This document shows, piece by piece, positions 53,950-64,000 of a stretch of 64,000 bases of DNA (position 1 is the first letter of the stretch; the number at the start of each line of letters is the position of its first letter). Location of the stretch: positions 20,832,001 to 20,896,000 of the forward strand of contig OZ059898.1 of NCBI GenBank assembly GCA_964057225.1. Direction: 5' to 3'. The DNA comes from Auanema rhodensis. Taxonomy: Eukaryota > Animalia > Nematoda. Position numbers and translations under genes: made by a program. Below the pieces are notes generated by a model. That model had not been told where the DNA came from. It saw only the letters and a list, made by a program, of their open reading frames with translations, and searched no databases.

Positions 53950-56900
53950 CTTTGAAATTTACGTGAACTTTAATTTATGCTAATTAAATGTACACGTGAT
54001 GTGCACTTGGTATGTAACTCGCTTCACGTGAAAGATAAAGAGATGCGGTTTTCAAAATTAGATTTCCCATGTCCATATTAGTCTAAAAACAAATTTTTAT
54101 TGATATTGGTTCATGGTAACCATGACTTTGAAATTTACGTGAACTTTAATTTATGCTAATTAAATGTACACGTGATGTGCACTTGGTATGTAACTCGCTT
54201 CACGTGAAAGATAAAGAGATGCGGTTTTCAAAATTAGATTCCCCATGTCCATATTAGTCTAAAAACAAATTTTTATTGATATTGGTTCATGGTAACCATG
54301 ACTTTGAAATTTACGTGAACTTTAATTTATGCTAATTATATGTACACGTGATGTGCACTTGGTATGTAACTCGCTTCACGTGAAAGATAAAGAGATGCGG
54401 TTTTCAAAATTAGATTTCCCATGTCCATATTAGTCTAAAAACAAATTTTTATTGATATTGGTTCATGGTAACCATGACTTTGAAATTTACGTGAATTTTA
54501 ATTTATGCTAATTAAATGTACACGTGATGTGCACTTGGTATGTAACTCGCTTCACGTGAAAGATAAAGAGATGCGGTTTTCAAAATTAGATTCCCCATGT
54601 CCATATTAGTCTACAAACAAATTTTCATTGATATTGGTTCATGGTAACCATGACTTTGAAATTTACGTGAACTTTAATTTATGCTAATTAAATGTACACG
54701 TCATGTGCACTTGGTATGTAACTCGCTTCACGTGAAAGATAAAGAGATGCGGTTTTCAAAAGTAGATTCCCCATGTCCATATCAGTCTAAAAACAAATGT
54801 TTATTGATATTGGTGCATGGTAACCATGACTTTGAAATTTACGTGAACTTTAATTTATGCTAATTAAATGTACACGTGATGTGCACTTGGTATGTAACTC
54901 GCTTCACGTGAAAGATAAAGAGATGCGGTTTTCAAAATTAGATTCCCCATGTCCATATTAGTCTAAAAACAAATTTTTATTGATATTGGTTCATGGTAAC
55001 CATGACTTTGAAATTTACGTGAATTTTAATTTATGCTTATTAAATGTACACGTGATGTGCACTTGGTATGTAACTCGCTTCACGTGAAAGATAAAGAGAT
55101 GCGGTTTTCAAAATTAGATTCCCCATGTCCATATTAGTCTAAAAACAAATTTTTATTGATATTGGTTCATGGTAACCATGACTTTGAAATTTACGTGAAC
55201 TTTAATTTATGCTAATTAAATGTACACGTCATGTGCACTTGGTATGTAACTCGCTTCACGTGAAAGATAAAGAGATGCGGTTTTCAAAAGTAGATTCCTC
55301 ATGTCCATATTAGTCTAAAAACAAATGTTTATTGATATTGGTGCATGGTAACCATGACTTTGAAATTTACGTGAACTTTAATTTATGCTAATTAAATGTA
55401 CACGTGATGTGCACTTGGTATGTAACTCGCTTCACGTGAATGATAAAGAGATGCGGTTTTCAAAATTAGATTCCCCATGTCCATATTAGTCTAAAAACAA
55501 ATGTTTATTGATATTGGTGCATGGTAACCATGACTTTGAAATTTACGTGAACTTTAATTTATGCTAATTAAATGTACACGTCATGTGCACTTGGTATGTA
55601 ACTCGCTTCACGTGAAAGATAAAGAGATGCGGTTTTCAAAAGTAGATTCCCCATGTCCATATTAGTCTAAAAACAAATGTTTATTGATATTGGTGCATGG
55701 TAACCATGACTTTGAAATTTACGTGAACTTTAATTTATGCTAATTAAATGTACACGTGATGTGCACTTGGTATGTAACTCGCTTCACGTGAAAGATAAAG
55801 AGATGCGGTTTTCAAAATTAGATTCCCCATGTCCATATTAGTCTAAAAACAAATTTTTATTGATATTGGTTCATGGTAACCATGACTTTGAAATTTACGT
55901 GAATTTTAATTTATGCTTATTAAATGTACACGTGATGTGCACTTGGTATGTAACTCGCTTCACGTGAAAGATAAAGAGATGCGGTTTTCAAAATTAGATT
56001 CCCCATGTCCATATTAGTCTACAAACAAATTTTCATTGATATTGGTTCATGGTAACCATGACTTTGAAATTTACGTGAACTTTAATTTATGCTAATTAAA
56101 TGTACACGTCATGTGCACTTGGTATGTAACTCGCTTCACGTGAAAGATAAAGAGATGCGGTTTTCAAAAGTAGATTCCTCATGTCCATATTAGTCTAAAA
56201 ACAAATGTTTATTGATATTGGTGCATGGTAACCATGACTTTGAAATTTACGTGAACTTTAATTTATGCTAATTAAATGTACACGTGATGTGCACTTGGTA
56301 TGTAACTCGCTTCACGTGAATGATAAAGAGATGCGGTTTTCAAAATTAGATTCCCCATGTCCATATTAGTCTAAAAACAAATTTTTATTGATATTGGTTC
56401 ATGGTAACCATGACTTTGAAATTTACGTGAACTTTAATTTATGCTAATTAAATGTACACGTGATGTGCACTTGGTATGTAACTCGCTTCACGTGAAAGAT
56501 AAAGAGATGCGGTTTTCAAAATTAGATTCCCCATGTCCATATTAGTCTAAAAACAAATTTTTATTGATATTGGTGCATGGTAACCATGACTTTGAAATTT
56601 ACGTGAACTTTAATTTATGCTAATTAAATGTACACGTGATGTGCACTTGGTATGTAACTCGCTTCACGTGAATGATAAAGAGATGCGGTTTTCAAAATTA
56701 GATTCCCCATGTCCATATTAGTCTAAAAACAAATTTTTATTGATATTGGTTCATGGTAACCATGACTTTGAAATTTACGTGAACTTTAATTTATGCTAAT
56801 TAAATGTACACGTGATGTGCACTTGGTATGTAACTCGCTTCACGTGAAAGATAAAGAGATGCGGTTTTCAAAAGTAGATTCCTCATGTCCATATTAGTCT

Positions 56901-59900
56901 AAAAACAAATGTTTATTGATATTGGTGCATGGTAACCATGACTTTGAAATTTACGTGAACTTTAATTTATGCTAATTAAATGTACACGTGATGTGCACTT
57001 GGTATGTAACTCGCTTCACGTGAATGATAAAGAGATGCGGTTTTCAAAATTAGATTCCCCATGTCCATATTAGTATAAAAACAAATTTTTATTAATATTG
57101 GTTCATGGTAACCATGACTTTGAAATTTACGTGAACTTTAATTTATGCTAATTAAATGTACACGTGATGTGCACTTGGTATGTAACTCGCTTCACGTGAA
57201 AGATAAAGAGATGCGGTTTTCAAAATTAGATTCCCCATGTCCATATTAGTCTACAAACAAATTTTCATTGATATTGGTTCATGGTAACCATGACTTTGAA
57301 ATTTACGTGAACTTTAATTTATGCTAATTAAATGTACACGTCATGTGCACTTGGTATGTAACTCGCTTCACGTGAAAGATAAAGAGATGCGGTTTTCAAA
57401 AGTAGATTCCCCATGTCCATATTAGTCTAAAAACAAATGTTTATTGATATTGGTGCATGGTAACCATGACTTTGAAATTTACGTGAACTTTAATTTATGC
57501 TAATTAAATGTACACGTGATGTGCACTTGGTATGTAACTCGCTTCACGTGAAAGATAAAGAGATGCGGTTTTCAAAATTACATTCCCCATGTCCATATTA
57601 GTCTAAAAACAAATTTTTATTGATATTGGTTCATGGTAACCATGACTTTGAAATTTACGTGAACTTTAATTTATGCTTATTAAATGTACACGTGATGTGC
57701 ACTTGGTATGTAACTCGCTTCACGTGAAAGATAAAGAGATGCGGTTTTCAAAATTAGATTCCCCATGTCCATATTAGTCTACAAACAAATTTTCATTGAT
57801 ATTGGTTCATGGTAACCATGACTTTGAAATTTACGTGAACTTTAATTTATGCTAATTAAATGTACACGTGATGTGCACTTGGTATGTAACTCGCTTCACG
57901 TGAAAGATAAAGAGATGCGGTTTTCAAAATTAGATTTCCCATGTCCATATTAGTCTAAAAACAAATTTTTATTGATATTGGTTCATGGTAACCATGACTT
58001 TGAAATTTACGTGAACTTTAATTTATGCTAATTAAATGTACACGTGATGTGCACTTGGTATGTAACTCGCTTCACGTGAAAGATAAAGAGATGCGGTTTT
58101 CAAAATTAGATTCCCCATGTCCATATTAGTCTAAAAACAAATTTTTATTGATATTGGTTCATGGTAACCATGACTTTGAAATTTACGTGAACTTTAATTT
58201 ATGCTAATTATATGTACACGTGATGTGCACTTGGTATGTAACTCGCTTCACGTGAAAGATAAAGAGATGCGGTTTTCAAAATTAGATTTCCCATGTCCAT
58301 ATTAGTCTAAAAACAAATTTTTATTGATATTGGTTCATGGTAACCATGACTTTGAAATTTACGTGAATTTTAATTTATGCTAATTAAATGTACACGTGAT
58401 GTGCACTTGGTATGTAACTCGCTTCACGTGAAAGATAAAGAGATGCGGTTTTCAAAATTAGATTCCCCATGTCCATATTAGTCTACAAACAAATTTTCAT
58501 TGATATTGGTTCATGGTAACCATGACTTTGAAATTTACGTGAACTTTAATTTATGCTAATTAAATGTACACGTCATGTGCACTTGGTATGTAACTCGCTT
58601 CACGTGAAAGATAAAGAGATGCGGTTTTCAAAAGTAGATTCCCCATGTCCATATCAGTCTAAAAACAAATGTTTATTGATATTGGTGCATGGTAACCATG
58701 ACTTTGAAATTTACGTGAACTTTAATTTATGCTAATTAAATGTACACGTGATGTGCACTTGGTATGTAACTCGCTTCACGTGAAAGATAAAGAGATGCGG
58801 TTTTCAAAATTAGATTCCCCATGTCCATATTAGTCTAAAAACAAATTTTTATTGATATTGGTTCATGGTAACCATGACTTTGAAATTTACGTGAATTTTA
58901 ATTTATGCTTATTAAATGTACACGTGATGTGCACTTGGTATGTAACTCGCTTCACGTGAAAGATAAAGAGATGCGGTTTTCAAAATTAGATTCCCCATGT
59001 CCATATTAGTCTAAAAACAAATTTTTATTGATATTGGTTCATGGTAACCATGACTTTGAAATTTACGTGAACTTTAATTTATGCTAATTAAATGTACACG
59101 TCATGTGCACTTGGTATGTAACTCGCTTCACGTGAAAGATAAAGAGATGCGGTTTTCAAAAGTAGATTCCTCATGTCCATATTAGTCTAAAAACAAATGT
59201 TTATTGATATTGGTGCATGGTAACCATGACTTTGAAATTTACGTGAACTTTAATTTATGCTAATTAAATGTACACGTGATGTGCACTTGGTATGTAACTC
59301 GCTTCACGTGAATGATAAAGAGATGCGGTTTTCAAAATTAGATTCCCCATGTCCATATTAGTCTAAAAACAAATGTTTATTGATATTGGTGCATGGTAAC
59401 CATGACTTTGAAATTTACGTGAACTTTAATTTATGCTAATTAAATGTACACGTCATGTGCACTTGGTATGTAACTCGCTTCACGTGAAAGATAAAGAGAT
59501 GCGGTTTTCAAAAGTAGATTCCCCATGTCCATATTAGTCTAAAAACAAATGTTTATTGATATTGGTGCATGGTAACCATGACTTTGAAATTTACGTGAAC
59601 TTTAATTTATGCTAATTAAATGTACACGTGATGTGCACTTGGTATGTAACTCGCTTCACGTGAAAGATAAAGAGATGCGGTTTTCAAAATTAGATTCCCC
59701 ATGTCCATATTAGTCTAAAAACAAATTTTTATTGATATTGGTTCATGGTAACCATGACTTTGAAATTTACGTGAATTTTAATTTATGCTTATTAAATGTA
59801 CACGTGATGTGCACTTGGTATGTAACTCGCTTCACGTGAAAGATAAAGAGATGCGGTTTTCAAAATTAGATTCCCCATGTCCATATTAGTCTACAAACAA

Positions 59901-61741
59901 ATTTTCATTGATATTGGTTCATGGTAACCATGACTTTGAAATTTACGTGAACTTTAATTTATGCTAATTAAATGTACACGTCATGTGCACTTGGTATGTA
60001 ACTCGCTTCACGTGAAAGATAAAGAGATGCGGTTTTCAAAAGTAGATTCCTCATGTCCATATTAGTCTAAAAACAAATGTTTATTGATATTGGTGCATGG
60101 TAACCATGACTTTGAAATTTACGTGAACTTTAATTTATGCTAATTAAATGTACACGTGATGTGCACTTGGTATGTAACTCGCTTCACGTGAATGATAAAG
60201 AGATGCGGTTTTCAAAATTAGATTCCCCATGTCCATATTAGTCTAAAAACAAATTTTTATTGATATTGGTTCATGGTAACCATGACTTTGAAATTTACGT
60301 GAACTTTAATTTATGCTAATTAAATGTACACGTGATGTGCACTTGGTATGTAACTCGCTTCACGTGAAAGATAAAGAGATGCGGTTTTCAAAATTAGATT
60401 CCCCATGTCCATATTAGTCTAAAAACAAATTTTTATTGATATTGGTGCATGGTAACCATGACTTTGAAATTTACGTGAACTTTAATTTATGCTAATTAAA
60501 TGTACACGTGATGTGCACTTGGTATGTAACTCGCTTCACGTGAATGATAAAGAGATGCGGTTTTCAAAATTAGATTCCCCATGTCCATATTAGTCTAAAA
60601 ACAAATTTTTATTGATATTGGTTCATGGTAACCATGACTTTGAAATTTACGTGAACTTTAATTTATGCTAATTAAATGTACACGTGATGTGCACTTGGTA
60701 TGTAACTCGCTTCACGTGAAAGATAAAGAGATGCGGTTTTCAAAAGTAGATTCCTCATGTCCATATTAGTCTAAAAACAAATGTTTATTGATATTGGTGC
60801 ATGGTAACCATGACTTTGAAATTTACGTGAACTTTAATTTATGCTAATTAAATGTACACGTGATGTGCACTTGGTATGTAACTCGCTTCACGTGAATGAT
60901 AAAGAGATGCGGTTTTCAAAATTAGATTCCCCATGTCCATATTAGTATAAAAACAAATTTTTATTAATATTGGTTCATGGTAACCATGACTTTGAAATTT
61001 ACGTGAACTTTAATTTATGCTAATTAAATGTACACGTGATGTGCACTTGGTATGTAACTCGCTTCACGTGAAAGATAAAGAGATGCGGTTTTCAAAATTA
61101 GATTCCCCATGTCCATATTAGTCTACAAACAAATTTTCATTGATATTGGTTCATGGTAACCATGACTTTGAAATTTACGTGAACTTTAATTTATGCTAAT
61201 TAAATGTACACGTCATGTGCACTTGGTATGTAACTCGCTTCACGTGAAAGATAAAGAGATGCGGTTTTCAAAAGTAGATTCCCCATGTCCATATTAGTCT
61301 AAAAACAAATGTTTATTGATATTGGTGCATGGTAACCATGACTTTGAAATTTACGTGAACTTTAATTTATGCTAATTAAATGTACACGTGATGTGCACTT
61401 GGTATGTAACTCGCTTCACGTGAAAGATAAAGAGATGCGGTTTTCAAAATTACATTCCCCATGTCCATATTAGTCTAAAAACAAATTTTTATTGATATTG
61501 GTTCATGGTAACCATGACTTTGAAATTTACGTGAACTTTAATTTATGCTTATTAAATGTACACGTGATGTGCACTTGGTATGTAACTCGCTTCACGTGAA
61601 AGATAAAGAGATGCGGTTTTCAAAATTAGATTCCCCATGTCCATATTAGTCTACAAACAAATTTTCATTGATATTGGTTCATGGTAACCATGACTTTGAA
61701 ATTTACGTGAACTTTAATTTATGCTAATTAAATGTACACGT
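53950..61741 (+). repeat. Tandem 22-monomer duplication (3872 bp)
   Basis: TATCAG ORF variant at 54681/58553, TTACATT 57581/61453 and AGTATAAAA about 57075/60947 are all at +3872. No differences were seen between the copies by eye. Confidence 0.92.
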
Positions 61742-63850
61742 CATGTGCACTTGGTATGTAACTCGCTTCACGTGAAAGATAAAGAGATGCGGTTTTCAAA
61801 AGTAGATTCCTCATGTCCATATTAGTCTAAAAACAAATGTTTATTGATATTGGTGCATGGTAACCATGACTTTGAAATTTACGTGAACTTTAATTTATGC
61901 TAATTAAATGTACACGTGATGTGCACTTGGTATGTAACTCGCTTCACGTGAATGATAAAGAGATGCGGTTTTCAAAATTAGATTCCCCATGTCCATATTA
62001 GTCTAAAAACAAATTTTTATTGATATTGGTTCATGGTAACCATGACTTTGAAATTTACGTGAACTTTAATTTATGCTAATTAAATGTACACGTGATGTGC
62101 ACTTGGTATGTAACTCGCTTCACGTGAAAGATAAAGAGATGCGGTTTTCAAAATTAGATTCCCCATGTCCATATTAGTCTAAAAACAAATTTTTATTGAT
62201 ATTGGTGCATGGTAACCATGACTTTGAAATTTACGTGAACTTTAATTTATGCTAATTAAATGTACACGTGATGTGCACTTGGTATGTAACTCGCTTCACG
62301 TGAATGATAAAGAGATGCGGTTTTCAAAATTAGATTCCCCATGTCCATATTAGTCTAAAAACAAATTTTTATTGATATTGGTTCATGGTAACCATGACTT
62401 TGAAATTTACGTGAACTTTAATTTATGCTAATTAAATGTACACGTGATGTGCACTTGGTATGTAACTCGCTTCACGTGAAAGATAAAGAGATGCGGTTTT
62501 CAAAAGTAGATTCCTCATGTCCATATTAGTCTAAAAACAAATGTTTATTGATATTGGTGCATGGTAACCATGACTTTGAAATTTACGTGAACTTTAATTT
62601 ATGCTAATTAAATGTACACGTGATGTGCACTTGGTATGTAACTCGCTTCACGTGAATGATAAAGAGATGCGGTTTTCAAAATTAGATTCCCCATGTCCAT
62701 ATTAGTATAAAAACAAATTTTTATTAATATTGGTTCATGGTAACCATGACTTTGAAATTTACGTGAACTTTAATTTATGCTAATTAAATGTACACGTGAT
62801 GTGCACTTGGTATGTAACTCGCTTCACGTGAAAGATAAAGAGATGCGGTTTTCAAAATTAGATTCCCCATGTCCATATTAGTCTACAAACAAATTTTCAT
62901 TGATATTGGTTCATGGTAACCATGACTTTGAAATTTACGTGAACTTTAATTTATGCTAATTAAATGTACACGTCATGTGCACTTGGTATGTAACTCGCTT
63001 CACGTGAAAGATAAAGAGATGCGGTTTTCAAAAGTAGATTCCCCATGTCCATATTAGTCTAAAAACAAATGTTTATTGATATTGGTGCATGGTAACCATG
63101 ACTTTGAAATTTACGTGAACTTTAATTTATGCTAATTAAATGTACACGTGATGTGCACTTGGTATGTAACTCGCTTCACGTGAAAGATAAAGAGATGCGG
63201 TTTTCAAAATTACATTCCCCATGTCCATATTAGTCTAAAAACAAATTTTTATTGATATTGGTTCATGGTAACCATGACTTTGAAATTTACGTGAATTTTA
63301 ATTTATGCTTATTAAATGTACACGTGATGTGCACTTGGTATGTAACTCGCTTCACGTGAAAGATAAAGAGATGCGGTTTTCAAAATTAGATTCCCCATGT
63401 CCATATTAGTCTACAAACAAATTTTCATTGATATTGGTTCATGGTAACCATGACTTTGAAATTTACGTGAACTTTAATTTATGCTAATTAAATGTACACG
63501 TCATGTGCACTTGGTATGTAACTCGCTTCACGTGAAAGATAAAGAGATGCGGTTTTCAAAAGTAGATTCCTCATGTCCATATTAGTCTAAAAACAAATGT
63601 TTATTGATATTGGTGCATGGTAACCATGACTTTGAAATTTACGTGAACTTTAATTTATGCTAATTAAATGTACACGTGATGTGCACTTGGTATGTAACTC
63701 GCTTCACGTGAATGATAAAGAGATGCGGTTTTCAAAATTAGATTCCCCATGTCCATATTAGTCTAAAAACAAATTTTTATTGATATTGGTTCATGGTAAC
63801 CATGACTTTGAAATTTACGTGAACTTTAATTTATGCTAATTAAATGTACA
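59780..63850 (+). repeat. 10-monomer higher-order repeat (1760 bp), about 2.3 copies, overlapping the second 22-mer copy
   Basis: TTACATT 61453/63213; AGTATAAAA about 60947/62707; GCTTATT about 59790/61550/63310. Confidence 0.9.
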
Positions 63851-64000
63851 GGTAATGTGCACTTGGTATGTAACTCGCTTCACGTGAAAGATAAAGAGAT
63901 GCGGTTTTCAAAATTAGATTCCCCATGTCCATATTAGTCTAAAAACAAATTTTTATTGATATTGGTGCTTGGTAACCATGACTTTGAAATTTACGTGAAC

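Larger units (their letters stand above)
1..64000 (+). repeat. 176-bp tandem satellite array (about 363.6 head-to-tail monomers), putative centromeric/pericentromeric satellite DNA
   Basis: The sequence starting at 1 (AAGATAAAGAGATGCGG) recurs at 177 and every 176 bp. Lines starting at 2641, 5281, 10561 ... 50161 (steps of 15x176=2640) are all in the same phase, and the phase shifts by -1 after 50280. No interruption or strand inversion was seen. The consensus has 56 G+C in 176 bp. The centromeric role is inferred only from the nucleosome-sized monomer and high homogeneity. Confidence 0.99.

Noticed and set aside
54681-58735. 60-aa ORFs at 54681-54863 and 58553-58735 as genes
   Set aside because: Same frame with TAG>CAG; the two copies result from the 22-monomer duplication.
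1-64000. CRISPR array or integron-like cassette array (palindromic repeats at regular spacing)
   Set aside because: There are no unique spacers or cassettes, since the entire 176 bp repeats, and no cas or integrase genes.
1-64000. Tandem 5S rRNA, tRNA, snRNA or spliced-leader gene array
   Set aside because: No recognisable structural RNA sequence or Pol III box A/B/C motifs on either strand.
1-64000. Hidden transposon insertion, telomeric repeat or inversion within the array
   Set aside because: The 176-bp phase is kept at every 2640-bp checkpoint apart from one -1 shift, and every line read matches the + orientation monomer.

Overview
The whole 64-kb window is one uninterrupted, head-to-tail, single-orientation array of a 176-bp AT-rich (about 32% GC) satellite, roughly 363.6 monomers long. 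Consensus from position 1: AAGATAAAGAGATGCGGTTTTCAAAATTAGATTCCCCATGTCCATATTAGTCTAAAAACAAATTTTTATTGATATTGGTTCATGGTAACCATGACTTTGAAATTTACGTGAACTTTAATTTATGCTAATTAAATGTACACGTGATGTGCACTTGGTATGTAACTCGCTTCACGTGA. Monomers are near-identical, typically with 0-4 substitutions, and I saw only one indel in the window (1 bp at about 50280). This looks like a recently homogenised eukaryotic centromeric or pericentromeric satellite; I cannot assign the organism or family. I found no genes, RNAs, transposons or CRISPR arrays, and the four 60-aa ORFs come from single stop-codon substitutions in one monomer type. The structure lies in the variants. (i) Nested, locally changing higher-order repeats have periods of 3, 4, 5, 6, 10, 13, 14, 16, 19 and 22 monomers, with longer-range 32- and 77-monomer relationships. 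(ii) Three linked double substitutions each perfect a nearby inverted repeat, a quasi-palindrome template-switch signature. (iii) The monomer is dense in dyads, including a 15-bp palindrome and phased E-box/ACGTGA cores. (iv) CpG decay is almost absent. Variant positions were read by eye, so counts and block boundaries are approximate. I see no protein-coding novel system here.
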